This document shows, in pieces, positions 49,383 to 60,820 of a stretch of DNA of 64,000 nt (the first letter of the stretch is position 1; each line of letters starts with the position of its first letter). The notes under the pieces were generated by a model. That model was not told the origin of the DNA. It worked only from the letters and a program-made list of their open reading frames with translations, and searched no databases. A program made the position numbers and the translations under genes. The stretch lies in the NCBI GenBank assembly GCA_951542345.1, contig CATOCM010000004.1:3111-67110 (forward strand), given 5' to 3'. Origin of the DNA: an uncultured Planktomarina sp. Lineage in GTDB: Bacteria; Pseudomonadota; Alphaproteobacteria; Rhodobacterales; Rhodobacteraceae.

Positions 49383-51515
49383 ATGCGCTTGTTCCTAAGT
49401 GTCATATTCCTAGCATTAAGTAGTGTCACAATATCCGCGCAACAGTTGACCAATTTGATCGCAGATCAGATAGAAATCAACTCGGATGGCGTTTTAGTGG
49501 CCAGTGGATCAGTCACAGTATGGCAGGGCGACACTAAGATCACAGCCAATAAAATCTCCTACGAGGGCACGATAAATTCTTTGGAAATAACAGGGCCAAT
49601 ACGTCTAACCGATGGCACCGGAACAGTGATTTTGGCAGATCAAGCCGCTCTGTCACAGGATTTGAGCCAAGGTTTAATCAAAAGTGCGCGTATTATTCTC
49701 AACAAACAAGTCCAAATTGCCGCTGCCCAAATATCACGCGTAAACAGTAGATATACTCAGGCCTACAAAGTGGCTGCAACCTCGTGCTATGTGTGCGCAG
49801 GCAAAACCCCACTGTGGCAAATCAGAGCCCAGCGTATCGTACACGATAAATTGGAGAAGCAACTACATTTTGACAACGCACAACTGCGTATTATGGATTT
49901 ACCAGTACTCTTTTTTCCCTATTTGCGCCTACCCGACCCCTCATTAAAGAGGGCTTCAGGTTTCTTAGTACCGCAACTCACGACATCCACCACCTTAGGC
50001 ACAGCCATAAGAACTCCTTATTTTTTCAAACTAGGAGATTATAAAGATTTCACCCTGACACCGATTTTATCGTCTAGGACAAACACACTAGGATTCAGAT
50101 ATCGCGAAGCCTTTCAAACTGGAAAACTGAGCCTAGAAGGTGCTGTCTCACGCGACAATCTTTCGACGGATCAAAACCGCGGTTATTTATTTGGAACAGC
50201 TAATTACGAGCTCGATCAGGACTATAAACTGGACGTACAAGTTCAGACCGTAAGCGACCCTTCGTATTTTTATGAATATGATGTAGCCAAAATTGATAGG
50301 CTAGAAACCAAAATTAGCTTCAACCGCACAAAAAGATACGAAAACTCAGAGTTGCGATTTTCAAATTACCATTCCCTACGTGATAGCGACAGTAATGCCA
50401 CACAGCCCACTCTGGTTGCCGAGGGAATTTACCAGCAACGCATAGTCCCTAGTTCTATCGGTGGAGTTCTGGACCTTGAAAGCAGCTTTCTTGCAAGTTA
50501 CCGTTATTCAGACATCGACAGCGACGGCGATGCCGATGGGTATGTTGACGGCTATGATACCGCGCGCCTCTCACTCGTAGCTAATTGGAAACGCAATTAT
50601 AGCTTTCAAAATGGCTCTATCGTAGACGTAGAAAGCCAGGTGGAAACATCTCAATATGTGGTGCGTCAGCATAAAAATGTTGACCCAAATATAACTCGGA
50701 TAAGCACCGCTGCCGCTGTTGGCTTGCGCTGGCCACTGTCGCGCCGCCTCAAAGATGGTGGAATGCAACGCATTGAGCCACACGTCCAATTAGTAGGCAT
50801 GAATAGTCATTCAGAAAAAATTCCTAACCAAGATAGCACTCGGGTAGAATTCGACGAAGGTAATCTCTATCGTTTAAACCGCGGTCCCGGCTTTGACCAA
50901 ATAGAAACGGGTGCCCGAATTAATATTGGCGTTAGTGGCTATAACCAGTATAAAACAAAAACAAAAATTGGTTGGGAAGTTGGACGAGTATATCGCGGAA
51001 ATGGTTTTGAAAAATTTTCAAAAGCATCTGGACTATCAGGCTCTGTCTCAGATTGGTTAGTAGCGGGGGCAATTGAGACGCCATCAGGCATTGAGCTGGT
51101 GGCACGCGCATTATTGAAAGATTTAGGTTATATCAAAAAAGCAGAAGCACGTATGGCGTGGAAAAATCCAACACACAAAATAGCTGCAACCTATGTCGGC
51201 CTGAGCGCAGATACACTAGAGGGTCGCGCCACCCCCCTCAGCTCACTAGCGCTAAACTGGCAATACCGCTTTGCACCCGACTGGCAGTCGGCATCCGACT
51301 TTCAGTTCAACGCCACCAATGGCAAGCTGTCAAAACTTAATTTTGGCTTGAAGTATGCAAATGAATGCGTAGATGTTAATTTCTCAGCCTCGCGCCATTT
51401 CTCTACTTCCACTACTTTCTCCAACAAAACCGAATTTGGTTTGAGTGTAGAACTATCAGGTTTTTCCTCAGGCGTTCGCAAAGCACCAAAAAGTCGCCAG
51501 TGCGGCGCATTATGA
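49383..51515 (+). CDS. lptD: LPS-assembly outer-membrane protein LptD
   Basis: 710 aa with a signal peptide and an OstA-like N-domain (ADQIEINSDGVLVASGSVTVWQG), in lptD-surA-pdxA-rsmA synteny. Confidence 0.88.
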   Translation: MRLFLSVIFLALSSVTISAQQLTNLIADQIEINSDGVLVASGSVTVWQGDTKITANKISYEGTINSLEITGPIRLTDGTGTVILADQAALSQDLSQGLIKSARIILNKQVQIAAAQISRVNSRYTQAYKVAATSCYVCAGKTPLWQIRAQRIVHDKLEKQLHFDNAQLRIMDLPVLFFPYLRLPDPSLKRASGFLVPQLTTSTTLGTAIRTPYFFKLGDYKDFTLTPILSSRTNTLGFRYREAFQTGKLSLEGAVSRDNLSTDQNRGYLFGTANYELDQDYKLDVQVQTVSDPSYFYEYDVAKIDRLETKISFNRTKRYENSELRFSNYHSLRDSDSNATQPTLVAEGIYQQRIVPSSIGGVLDLESSFLASYRYSDIDSDGDADGYVDGYDTARLSLVANWKRNYSFQNGSIVDVESQVETSQYVVRQHKNVDPNITRISTAAAVGLRWPLSRRLKDGGMQRIEPHVQLVGMNSHSEKIPNQDSTRVEFDEGNLYRLNRGPGFDQIETGARINIGVSGYNQYKTKTKIGWEVGRVYRGNGFEKFSKASGLSGSVSDWLVAGAIETPSGIELVARALLKDLGYIKKAEARMAWKNPTHKIAATYVGLSADTLEGRATPLSSLALNWQYRFAPDWQSASDFQFNATNGKLSKLNFGLKYANECVDVNFSASRHFSTSTTFSNKTEFGLSVELSGFSSGVRKAPKSRQCGAL

Positions 51516-51528
51516 CCGGAGGTTCCAA

Positions 51529-52725
51529 ATGTTGAAACTAAACCTGCACAAATTCGTAGCAACCATTGCAATAATAATTGGAGGAACTGGACCGGTATTG
51601 GCTCAAAGCTTGTTTGATCAAGTCATCTCAGTCGACCGTGCAGCCATCACTAAGTATGAAATTAACCAGAGAATCCTTTTTATGGAAATTTTCAAAAGTT
51701 TAGAAAGTGACAAACAGAACGCTAAGGAAAGCCTGATCGAGGATCGCCTGAAAATGGCTGCCGCACGTCGCGCCTCTATAATGTTAAGCGAACAGGATCT
51801 AATTGAATCAATGTCTAACTTTGCGGCAAATTTTAATCGAAGTTTAAATAAAATGTTAGAGGATTTGACTGTTAAGGGCGTTGATGAGCAAGCATTTCGG
51901 GACTATGTTGAGACCCGTACCAATTGGCGCAAAGTTGTGACCCGTCGCTTTGCATCCCGTAGCAATCCAACCGAATCCGAGATTGATCGCGCGATGGCTT
52001 CTACTGGCACTCGGGGTGGCATTAGAGTTTTGCTTACAGAAATTGTTCTGCCCGCCTCTCCAGATCAACTCATCAACGCCCAACAAACTGCCAAACGATT
52101 AACTCGCATAAAATCTCCTAAGCAATTTTCGGAGCAGGCGCGACTTTTGTCAGCTTCACAATCAAGAGAAAATGGTGGAAAATTAGAGTGGATAAACCTC
52201 AATGACCTACCCAAAGGCCTACGGCCAATTATTTCTGGCCTGCGACCCGGACAAATTACTAAACCACTGAAAGTCGAAAACGCGATTGTTTTATTCCAAC
52301 TACGCAATGTTGCTGAAACCGCATCCATTGCCCCAGCGGTTTCAGCTATAGAATATGCCCAATTGTTGGGCCCAGTTTCTGCCCTAGTAACTGCGAACAG
52401 CAAGGTTGATACCTGTGACGATCTCTATAGTCTGGCAAAAACAGACCCACTGTTGGAGCTCTCTGTTCAATCGCAGCTGCCTGATCAAATCAATCCCAAG
52501 ATAGCTTTACGATTGATCAGCTTAGACAAAAATGAGACCAATATCCTTATTACGCCAGAAACAGATCAGGCTGATATGTTAATGCTTTGCGCACGAGTCT
52601 ACACAGCACTAGAAGATGTGTCACGCAGTCAGGTCGCAAACAACCTGCGCTCTGCACGGCTAACAAGCTTTGCAGATAACTACCTTGCTGAATTGCGTTC
52701 TAACGCCAAGATTACCTATCACTGA
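51529..52725 (+). CDS. surA: SurA-like periplasmic chaperone
   Basis: 398 aa with a signal peptide, positioned between lptD and pdxA. Confidence 0.75.
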   Translation: MLKLNLHKFVATIAIIIGGTGPVLAQSLFDQVISVDRAAITKYEINQRILFMEIFKSLESDKQNAKESLIEDRLKMAAARRASIMLSEQDLIESMSNFAANFNRSLNKMLEDLTVKGVDEQAFRDYVETRTNWRKVVTRRFASRSNPTESEIDRAMASTGTRGGIRVLLTEIVLPASPDQLINAQQTAKRLTRIKSPKQFSEQARLLSASQSRENGGKLEWINLNDLPKGLRPIISGLRPGQITKPLKVENAIVLFQLRNVAETASIAPAVSAIEYAQLLGPVSALVTANSKVDTCDDLYSLAKTDPLLELSVQSQLPDQINPKIALRLISLDKNETNILITPETDQADMLMLCARVYTALEDVSRSQVANNLRSARLTSFADNYLAELRSNAKITYH

Positions 52726-53699
52726 TGGTAAAGCTTCCCTTAGCTATCACTTGCGGCGATCCTGCTGGCATTGGAATTGAAGTTTTCCTTGCGGCTCATA
52801 AAGAGATTGGTCGTGAGATTCCAATGGTTTTATTTGCCGATCAAAAACACTTACCAAATAATTTAGATTACACACTTTGGACTCCTGATATCCCCACAAA
52901 TTTTGATACAGGGATAGCTTTATATCAAATTAATTTTGATAATATAGCAGTTCCTGGTCAAGCTGATCCACAAAATACTGCCGGTGTCATTCGTGCCATT
53001 GAACAGGCCTGCCATTTGGCCCAAAAGGGTCAGATGGCAGGCCTTTGCACTGCACCTATTCACAAGGCTAACCTCCAAGATGGTACCAATTTTAAATTTG
53101 GAGGTCATACTGAGTTTTTGGCACACCTCTGCGGCGTAAATAAGGTTGTGATGATGCTCACCTGTCCCACGCTAAGCGTTGTGCCACTTACCATTCATAT
53201 CCCCATTAGCGATGTGCCTCAGGCAATCACACGCAAGCTATTTCGAACAACTATCCAGATAATCCATGACGGATTACAAAATGATTTTGGTATTAAAAAT
53301 CCTAGAATCTGCGTGGCGGGGCTTAATCCGCATGCTAGCGAAGGTGGAAAAATTGGCGGTGAAGATATTGACCGTATAGCTCCTTGGGTCACCGAGTTTC
53401 AGGCCCAAGGCCTGTCTATAACTGGTCCACATTCTGCCGACACGATGTTTCATACAACAGCTCGTGCTAAATATGACGTGGCACTGTGCATGTATCATGA
53501 CCAAGCTCTGATCCCGATTAAAACATTAGATTTTTTTGGTGGGGTTAACGTTACTCTTGGTTTGCCCATCGTACGCACCTCACCCGACCACGGCACAGCT
53601 TTTGATATCGCCGGTCAAGGCATTGCAGATGCCACCTCAATGATACAAGCGATACGCACCGCCGATCATATGATAAAGGCCCGCAAGAATGCAAATTGA
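52725..53699 (+). CDS. pdxA: 4-hydroxythreonine-4-phosphate dehydrogenase
   Basis: [18 protein letters not shown] and [12 protein letters not shown] motifs. Confidence 0.92.
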   Translation: MVKLPLAITCGDPAGIGIEVFLAAHKEIGREIPMVLFADQKHLPNNLDYTLWTPDIPTNFDTGIALYQINFDNIAVPGQADPQNTAGVIRAIEQACHLAQKGQMAGLCTAPIHKANLQDGTNFKFGGHTEFLAHLCGVNKVVMMLTCPTLSVVPLTIHIPISDVPQAITRKLFRTTIQIIHDGLQNDFGIKNPRICVAGLNPHASEGGKIGGEDIDRIAPWVTEFQAQGLSITGPHSADTMFHTTARAKYDVALCMYHDQALIPIKTLDFFGGVNVTLGLPIVRTSPDHGTAFDIAGQGIADATSMIQAIRTADHMIKARKNAN

Positions 53700-54525
53700 T
53701 CAGTTACCACCGCTGCATGACGTTATTAGCACCCATTCCTTGAACGCCAAAAAATCACTAGGACAAAATTTTTTACTCGATCTCAATTTGACAGCAAAAA
53801 TAGCTCGATTAGCCGGTGATCTTGAGGGTTACGATGTTTTGGAAGTAGGGCCTGGACCCGGTGGCTTAACGAGGGGTCTTTTGGCTTCAGGGGCGCGCCG
53901 GGTTATCGCCCTTGAAAAAGACCCGCGTTGCATTCCTGCTTTGAATGAGATTGCAGAAGTCTACCCCGGTCAGTTAGATATATTCAATACCGATGCACTT
54001 GATTTTGATGTCCGCAGCCATTTGACAGTCCCTATCCGCATTGTGGCTAACCTGCCCTATAATGTGGGTACAGAGCTATTAATCCGATGGCTCACACCAA
54101 AAGACTGGCCACCATTTTGGAGTACATTAACCCTAATGTTTCAAAAAGAAGTGGCAGAACGGATCATTGCAACACCAGGCTCTAAATCTTATGGCCGTCT
54201 TGCCATTTTAGCACAATGGAAATCTAATCCAAAAATCATGATGGAGCTCCCCCCAGAGGCCTTTACACCACCACCTAAAGTCCATTCGGCCGTAGTACAT
54301 TTTGACGCTTTGCCAGAGCCGCGGTTTCCAGCCCCTGCCGGTCTACTAACATCAACTGTGGCTATGGCATTCAATCAAAGACGCAAAATGCTACGGTCAA
54401 GCTTGAAATCAGCTTCGCCTAATATTGAAAATGTTCTACGAGATGCAGGTATAGAGCCCACTGCAAGGGCTGAAGAAATATCTCTTGAAGGGTTTTGTGC
54501 TTTAGCCCGAGGTTTGGCGAGCTAA
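53689..54525 (+). CDS. rsmA: 16S rRNA (adenine1518/1519-N6)-dimethyltransferase
   Basis: [21 protein letters not shown] and NLPYNV motifs. Confidence 0.93.
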   Translation: MQIDQLPPLHDVISTHSLNAKKSLGQNFLLDLNLTAKIARLAGDLEGYDVLEVGPGPGGLTRGLLASGARRVIALEKDPRCIPALNEIAEVYPGQLDIFNTDALDFDVRSHLTVPIRIVANLPYNVGTELLIRWLTPKDWPPFWSTLTLMFQKEVAERIIATPGSKSYGRLAILAQWKSNPKIMMELPPEAFTPPPKVHSAVVHFDALPEPRFPAPAGLLTSTVAMAFNQRRKMLRSSLKSASPNIENVLRDAGIEPTARAEEISLEGFCALARGLAS

Positions 54526-55143
54526 TTAATCTTCGCTCGCCGGTTCCGGCTGTACTGGCAGAGCCTCAACTGACACAACGGGTTTAGGCGGCCGGCGTCT
54601 AACACGTTGCTTAGGCCGTTCCCCTGTGTCCGCTTTAGCTACCTCTGTTATCTGCACCAGTTCAGTTGGGACTAAAGGTGGTAAATCTGGTTGAGGTGTT
54701 TCGGCTAAATCTGATACATCCAATGTAGATGGAGCAGATTTTTTTTCGTGTTCAACGGGTTCAGATTGTGGCTCGGAACGATCGTGGCGGACGCTACGCT
54801 CCGGACGTTCATTGCGTTCTTGATCCCTTTGAGCTTGTTTTTCCCGATTTTCAAGATCTTGCTGCTCACGGCGAGCATCAATTTCACGTTGTGCGTCAGC
54901 CTGCAATCGCATGTAATGCTCAGCATGCTGCTGAAAATTTTCAGCCGCCACACGGTCACCCGACAATTGGGAATCACGAGTGAGTTGTTGATATTTTTCG
55001 ATAACCTGCTGCGGTGTACCGCGCACTTTCCCCTCAGGACCGGAGCTATCAAACACACGGTTCATAACATTGGCCACTGACCGATTATTATTGTTGTTGT
55101 GACGATTATTCTTCGAGCGTGGACGCGGTTTTGAGGATCTCAT
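54526..55143 (-). CDS. DUF4167-domain protein
   Basis: The basic N-terminus is MRSSKPRPRSKNNRHNNNNNRS, followed by FDSSGPEGKVRGTPQQVIEKYQQLTRD and AENFQQHAEHY. The start was set at ATG 55143. Confidence 0.75.
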   Translation of the reverse strand: MRSSKPRPRSKNNRHNNNNNRSVANVMNRVFDSSGPEGKVRGTPQQVIEKYQQLTRDSQLSGDRVAAENFQQHAEHYMRLQADAQREIDARREQQDLENREKQAQRDQERNERPERSVRHDRSEPQSEPVEHEKKSAPSTLDVSDLAETPQPDLPPLVPTELVQITEVAKADTGERPKQRVRRRPPKPVVSVEALPVQPEPASED

Positions 55144-55311
55144 GTGATGAAAAAGCCTATTTGGCGACGGACCTATCAAGCAAAAAATGCAATGGGCCAT
55201 ATATAAGGTTTATTGTCTTGCACACTTGCGCGCGCTCTCGACTAGGCATTAAGACCACGCCCTACACAAATCAGCAAGAGAAAAATGCAGGTTTAGCTAC
55301 ATTATTTACCA

Positions 55312-56154
55312 TTATTGATGGCTAGATCGACAGGCCACGACCCTAGGGCAGTTGTCCAAATCCGGTAATACAGTAATATCTCTAAACTGATGGTCAAATA
55401 AAATAGCAGACACAGCAGGGCCTTGATCAAATCCAATTTCAAACAATAGCCGCCCGTTGGGTGCTAAAAAATTATGAGCAGACTTGGCAATTTGGCGGTA
55501 ATGGCTCAAACCGTCGCTGTAGTCGGTGAGAGCAAACTCAGGCTCGTGTAGGACTTCTAACGATAAGTCAGCCATAGCGTTAGGATGGATATAAGGCGGG
55601 TTTGAGACGATCAAATCAAACTTAGTAATAGGGACCGATGAAAACCAATCTGACACAAAAAAATCAACCTGTTTACTGAGATGTAGCTTCGCGGCATTGC
55701 GCTGTGCAATCGAAATAGCCTTGGGTGATTGATCAACCCCTACGCCACGCGAAAGACGCCTATTTGCCAATAGAGACAGTAAGATACATCCCGAACCTGT
55801 ACCTAAATCTAGCACTGTCATAAAGTCCTCTTCAAAAGCTAACGACACTAAAATTTCAGTTTCAGGTCGTGGATCTAGTACGTCAGGCGTTACTATAAAA
55901 CGATGTTCATAGAAGTCGCGGTAGCCCAGAATATGCGACATTGGCATTCGGGCTGCACGCTTCGCACACACTTGGTCAAATATAGCTTGTTGGGATGGAT
56001 CCAAAACATTGTTGAGTAGAAGAGATATTTGATACGGCTGAACTCCAAGCGTAAAAGCCATCAACAAACGTAAATCACGCGTGGCACACTGAACTCCAGC
56101 TGCAACTAGGACTTGATTTTCCTGTTTTAGAGCGTCCTGCACACTTTTGGTCAT
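55312..56154 (-). CDS. prmC: Release-factor glutamine N5-methyltransferase
   Basis: VSNPPYI (NPPY) and [12 protein letters not shown] motifs, with a 4-nt overlap with prfA. Confidence 0.9.
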   Translation of the reverse strand: MTKSVQDALKQENQVLVAAGVQCATRDLRLLMAFTLGVQPYQISLLLNNVLDPSQQAIFDQVCAKRAARMPMSHILGYRDFYEHRFIVTPDVLDPRPETEILVSLAFEEDFMTVLDLGTGSGCILLSLLANRRLSRGVGVDQSPKAISIAQRNAAKLHLSKQVDFFVSDWFSSVPITKFDLIVSNPPYIHPNAMADLSLEVLHEPEFALTDYSDGLSHYRQIAKSAHNFLAPNGRLLFEIGFDQGPAVSAILFDHQFRDITVLPDLDNCPRVVACRSSHQ

Positions 56155-57200
56155 CCGTTCATGTCGGCCAGCAAAGCCGCTTGCGCTTCAGCAGTAAGCG
56201 CATCGATAATTTCATTTAAGTCACCTTGAAGGATTTGGTCTAGACGATACAGTGTCAATGCAATCCGATGGTCTGTCATCCGACCTTGGGGAAAATTATA
56301 AGTGCGAATCCGTTCTGAGCGATCGCCAGACCCTACTTGGGACTTACGATTGGCAGAGCGTTCGCCATCCACACGCGCGCGTTCTAAATCATAAAGCCTG
56401 GTTTTAAGCACCTGCATTGCAATCTCACGGTTGCGGTGCTGGGATTTTTCAGCGCTGACTACAATCAAACCTGTAGGCAAATGTGTAATACGTACCGCAG
56501 AATCGGTCGTGTTCACATGCTGACCCCCAGCCCCACTAGCGCGCATGGTATCGATACGGATATCGCCAGGGTCAACGTGAATATCCACATCTTCCGCTTC
56601 AGGTAATACAGCGACTGTGGCAGCCGATGTATGAATGCGTCCACCGCTCTCGGTACTGGGCACGCGCTGCACTCGGTGAACACCAGATTCGTATTTCAGC
56701 TTCGCAAAAACTCCATCACCTTTGACATGTGCGACAAACTCTTTCACGCCACCTAACTCGGTGGTTTGGTTTTCTATGATATCAAATATCCAACCTTGAG
56801 TTTCAACATAACGTTGATACATCCTCATTAGATCCGCTGCAAATAATGCGGCCTCATCGCCACCTGTGCCCGGCCGAATTTCCAAAATTGCGGACCGAGC
56901 ATCCGCAGAGTCTTTTGGCAAAAGTGTAAGTTGCAAATCATGCTCAGCTTTTGGCAGCGCTGCACGTAAAATCGGCAATTCTTCGGCAGCCAACTCACGC
57001 ATGTCTGGATCATCCATCATAGCTTCAGCATCTGATATATCACGCACCAAAATCTGATAAGCACGCACCTCATCTACCACCGGCTTAAGGTTAGAGTATT
57101 CTTTCGCCAACTTGGCAATATCGTTGGAACCCTCAGACATTTGAGCTTCAAGAAACTCAAACCTTTGGGTAATTTGGATTAATGTGTCTTCTGCTATCAT
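56151..57200 (-). CDS. prfA: Peptide chain release factor 1
   Basis: SGAGGQHVN (GGQ) and the RF1-specific PST tripeptide in RVPSTES; 349 aa. Confidence 0.95.
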   Translation of the reverse strand: MIAEDTLIQITQRFEFLEAQMSEGSNDIAKLAKEYSNLKPVVDEVRAYQILVRDISDAEAMMDDPDMRELAAEELPILRAALPKAEHDLQLTLLPKDSADARSAILEIRPGTGGDEAALFAADLMRMYQRYVETQGWIFDIIENQTTELGGVKEFVAHVKGDGVFAKLKYESGVHRVQRVPSTESGGRIHTSAATVAVLPEAEDVDIHVDPGDIRIDTMRASGAGGQHVNTTDSAVRITHLPTGLIVVSAEKSQHRNREIAMQVLKTRLYDLERARVDGERSANRKSQVGSGDRSERIRTYNFPQGRMTDHRIALTLYRLDQILQGDLNEIIDALTAEAQAALLADMNG

Positions 57201-57261
57201 ATACTCAAGTCACCTATGTGGACTGCTTGGTCAAGGGACGCTTTCGTCTGACAAAATATTT

Positions 57262-57645
57262 TTAAGGATTAAGCCATTTTATTATACGTTTTTTATTACT
57301 ACCCAAATCCCAACCACCCAAAACTGAATGGCCTCTAATATGCAGTGTCCCTTCATCCTCCCATAATTCAATCATATCTGGAAAGCCCCAAAACCAAGAG
57401 CGGTACACCGCCAGCAACGGCGGACCCTCCTTTATGACACGTAGCCCTGACGTAGATTTGAGAGCGGCTGTGACCTGGCCAAAATGAGCATCATTGCTTT
57501 GAAGGTAATATCCGCCCAGGACGACCACATCACGAGCGTCAGCCGCCATATAAATATCGTGCCACAGACTACTTGGTAAAGGCCAGAAACGAACTATGGT
57601 TTGTATACCCGCGACGACTACGAGTAAGATTAGTACTGTCTTCAC
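57262..57645 (-). CDS. DUF1499-family protein
   Basis: 127 aa with an N-terminal hydrophobic helix, plus FWGFPDMIELW and HIRGHSVLGGWDLGSNKKRI, typical of DUF1499. Confidence 0.7.
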   Translation of the reverse strand: MKTVLILLVVVAGIQTIVRFWPLPSSLWHDIYMAADARDVVVLGGYYLQSNDAHFGQVTAALKSTSGLRVIKEGPPLLAVYRSWFWGFPDMIELWEDEGTLHIRGHSVLGGWDLGSNKKRIIKWLNP

Positions 57646-57663
57646 CTAATACCCTTTTCGGAG

Positions 57664-58605
57664 TCAGCGGAATTGAACACCCGGTAAAATACTTAGAATT
57701 TCAAACATCAGATTAGCAGCTGTTAGGGCGGTATTACCAGAGGTGTCATACATAGGACTTACTTCCACCATATCAAACCCAATAATATTTAGTCCCCGCA
57801 AAGCGCGTATAAACTCCATGGCCTGCGGCGTCGTTAGTCCACCAATTTCGGGGGTGCCAGTGCCCGGTGCATAGGCAGGATCAAGGCTATCGATATCATA
57901 GGTCAAATAGCATGGATGATCACCAATGGCTTGGCGGATAGCTTGGCCCAAAGGTGTAAGAGATTTATGCCAGATCTCCGGCGCTGTAGTTATGTTAAAG
58001 CCCCAACCAGTGGCTTCAGTGAAATCCTCAGCGGTATAGCCCGTGCCTCGTAGGCCCACTTGGAAAACCAACTCTGGTACCAAAAGACCTTCCTCATAGG
58101 CACGACGAAACACAGTGCCATGGGTTTCACGCTCGCCAAACATCTCATCATTCACATCCGCATGGGCGTCTACATGCACAAGCGCCACAGGCCCATGCTT
58201 TTTAGCAATGGAGCGCAGGATTGGTAGCGTTAGCGAATGATCACCCCCCATTGTGGCTGGCAACACAGGATAAGCATGCAGCTTGTCATAGGCCGCCTCA
58301 ATGATATGCAAACTGTCTGCGAGCGAAAACGTATTGATGGCTACATCTCCCAAATCTGCCATTTGTAGACTATCGAATGGTGCAGCCCCAGTTTGTAAAT
58401 TATAGGGCCGGATCATCGCACTTTCTTGGCGGATTTGCTTAGGGCCGAAACGGGTGCCACTACGCCAGCTAGTACCAATATCCATAGGAATACCCATAAA
58501 GCACACATCTAATCCCTCAGGACTGGTAGCCTCAGGAAGACGCATAAAGGTTTGAGGTCCAGCAAATCGAGCCAAATCATTTCCAGAAATCGGTTGGTTA
58601 GGCAT
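57664..58605 (-). CDS. Ureohydrolase (agmatinase / guanidino-acid hydrolase family), paralog 1
   Basis: The Mn-ligand motifs GGDHSLTLPIL, VDAHADVN and DIDSLDPAYAPGTGTPE are intact; 313 aa. Confidence 0.88.
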   Translation of the reverse strand: MPNQPISGNDLARFAGPQTFMRLPEATSPEGLDVCFMGIPMDIGTSWRSGTRFGPKQIRQESAMIRPYNLQTGAAPFDSLQMADLGDVAINTFSLADSLHIIEAAYDKLHAYPVLPATMGGDHSLTLPILRSIAKKHGPVALVHVDAHADVNDEMFGERETHGTVFRRAYEEGLLVPELVFQVGLRGTGYTAEDFTEATGWGFNITTAPEIWHKSLTPLGQAIRQAIGDHPCYLTYDIDSLDPAYAPGTGTPEIGGLTTPQAMEFIRALRGLNIIGFDMVEVSPMYDTSGNTALTAANLMFEILSILPGVQFR

Positions 58606-58629
58606 GGAGATTTTCCTTTTATCAATATC

Positions 58630-59604
58630 TTAAGACACTTTTTGAGCACGCAAGTTCCAGCAATATAGACACATCAGCTCCATCGCAGCATGGGCACCGG
58701 CCACAGCCGTCGCCCCTGAGACATCATACTGTGGAGAGACCTCCACAACATCGCCCCCGACCATATTGATACCACGAATGTCCCGCAGAATAGCTGCGGC
58801 CTGCGCTGAACTGAGCCCACCCCAAACTGGCGTACCTGTCCCAGGAGCAAAGGCTGGATCCAAGCAATCAATATCAAATGTCAGATATACCGGATGATTA
58901 CCCACAATCTCTTTAACTTGCGCGGCAGTCGCGGATGGTGTTTGCCCATGCACCCTTGGCGCGTCAATCACATGCACGCCAGCGTCATAGTCATTTTGAG
59001 TCCGAATACCAATTTGTACAGATTTCTCCGGCAAAATAAGTCCCTCTTTTACAGCTTTATAAAACATAGTGCCATGGTCAATCCGGGTCATGTCATCATC
59101 GGGCCAAGTATCCGAATGAGCATCAAAGTGCACTAAAGCCATTGGACCATACTTTTCGGCATAGGCACGCAGGATCGGAAAGGTAATATAGTGGTCACCA
59201 CCAAAGGACAAAGTGCCCACACCCTCCCTCAAAATAACACGGATATGGTCGGTTAGACGCTCTGGGAAGGCCGCCACATTGGCATAATCAAATGCTAGAT
59301 CTCCATAATCCACCACATCAAAATCAGCCAGTGGATTGATGTCCCAACCAAAAGGCGGATCACAGGGTTGCAAAGTGCTTGCCTCACGAATTGCACGCGG
59401 GCCAAAACGCGAGCCAGGCCGATTGGTAACTGCTTGATCAAACGGAATACCGGTGATCGCGAGATCAACTCCAGAAAGGTCCTTGGTATAAGTGCGCCGC
59501 ATGAAGGACAAAATACCACCAAACGCATTTTCAAAGGACATGCCTCGGTGCCCTTCTCGGGTGATAGCATTATCAACATTAAAAGCAGAATCTTTCAAAG
59601 CCAT
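58630..59604 (-). CDS. Ureohydrolase (agmatinase / guanidino-acid hydrolase family), paralog 2
   Basis: GGDHYITFPIL, FDAHSDTW and DIDCLDPAFAPGTGTPVWGG are intact; 324 aa. The start codon directly abuts the stop of the upstream M20 gene (TAGATG). Confidence 0.88.
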   Translation of the reverse strand: MALKDSAFNVDNAITREGHRGMSFENAFGGILSFMRRTYTKDLSGVDLAITGIPFDQAVTNRPGSRFGPRAIREASTLQPCDPPFGWDINPLADFDVVDYGDLAFDYANVAAFPERLTDHIRVILREGVGTLSFGGDHYITFPILRAYAEKYGPMALVHFDAHSDTWPDDDMTRIDHGTMFYKAVKEGLILPEKSVQIGIRTQNDYDAGVHVIDAPRVHGQTPSATAAQVKEIVGNHPVYLTFDIDCLDPAFAPGTGTPVWGGLSSAQAAAILRDIRGINMVGGDVVEVSPQYDVSGATAVAGAHAAMELMCLYCWNLRAQKVS

Positions 59605-60771
59605 CTAAGCCTCCATTGGATGAGCGCGTTCAACCAAGCGCGCAAAGAATGAGGCACCAACTGGAGCAACATCGTCGTTAAAATCAAAAGCTGCATTATG
59701 CCAAGCGGCACCATCACCCTGCCCCAGAAATAAATAGCAACCCGGGCATTTTTCTAAAAGATATGAGAAATCTTCTGCGCCCATTTCACGAGTGCGCCGG
59801 GTCTCAGTCAAATTATCTCCACAGATCTCATGCGCAACTTTACTTGCAAAAGCAGTTTGCTCTTCAGAATTAATTGTGGCTGGGTAGCCACGTGTGTATA
59901 CGCAACGCACATCCACCCCAAAGGCAGCAGCATGGCCCGCGCAAATCTCTGACATGCGCCGCTCGACCATGTCCTGCACATGACCCAAAAATGTGCGCAC
60001 CGTACCACCAACAAACGCATCATCATTGATCACATTGTCAATAGCTCCTGCATGAATTTGCGTCACACTAACTACGAGATCCTCAACCGAGTTATGATTG
60101 CGGCTCACTATAGTTTGAAAGGCTTGTGTGATTGATACTGCCGCAGGTATGGCATCCACCGCCAGATGCGGCATTGCCCCATGTCCACCTTGGCCTGTTA
60201 TATAGACCTCAAATGTATCTACTGCAGCCATAATCGGGCCTGGCGTGGTGCTCAGCTGGCCTACCGGTGAGCCGGGTTCTGTGTGTAAAGCATAGACTGT
60301 TTTGATATTGAAACGTTCTAAAATACCTTCCTGCACCATTACCTCACCGCCGCCACCATTCTCTTCAGCTGGTTGAAAAATAAGGGCCACAGTACCCACA
60401 AAATTGCGTGTCTCAGCCAGATATTTTGCCGCACCCAAAAGCATCGAGGTGTGGCCATCATGCCCACATGCATGCATTCTTCCATCTATAAGGCTGGCAT
60501 ACTCAGCACCCGTAGCCTCTTGGATTGGCAGAGCATCCATATCTGCGCGTAGGCCAATCACTGGGCCCGGAGCCTGGCCATGGATCAAGGCAACCACGCC
60601 CGATTGAGCAATTCCATCATAAATTTCATTGATACCAAACTCCCGCAGCCGAGCCATTACGAATGCTGCAGTTTTGTGGCAGTCAAATCCCAACTCAGGG
60701 TTCTGATGCAAATGACGGCGCCAGGTTTTCATATCTTCAGAAAATTCAGCGATCCGGTTGACGATTGGCAT
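59605..60771 (-). CDS. M20-family amidohydrolase (hippurate hydrolase / N-acyl-amino-acid amidohydrolase type)
   Basis: WRRHLHQNPELGF, LRADMDALP and ACGHDGH motifs. The start was set at MPIVNRI (60771); the ORF-track start at 60960 adds 63 non-conserved residues. Confidence 0.85.
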   Translation of the reverse strand: MPIVNRIAEFSEDMKTWRRHLHQNPELGFDCHKTAAFVMARLREFGINEIYDGIAQSGVVALIHGQAPGPVIGLRADMDALPIQEATGAEYASLIDGRMHACGHDGHTSMLLGAAKYLAETRNFVGTVALIFQPAEENGGGGEVMVQEGILERFNIKTVYALHTEPGSPVGQLSTTPGPIMAAVDTFEVYITGQGGHGAMPHLAVDAIPAAVSITQAFQTIVSRNHNSVEDLVVSVTQIHAGAIDNVINDDAFVGGTVRTFLGHVQDMVERRMSEICAGHAAAFGVDVRCVYTRGYPATINSEEQTAFASKVAHEICGDNLTETRRTREMGAEDFSYLLEKCPGCYLFLGQGDGAAWHNAAFDFNDDVAPVGASFFARLVERAHPMEA

Positions 60772-60820
60772 GGTCTTGCTCCTTATAGTATGAGAAAATC
60801 TGAAACAGAGGGGCAGCGCA

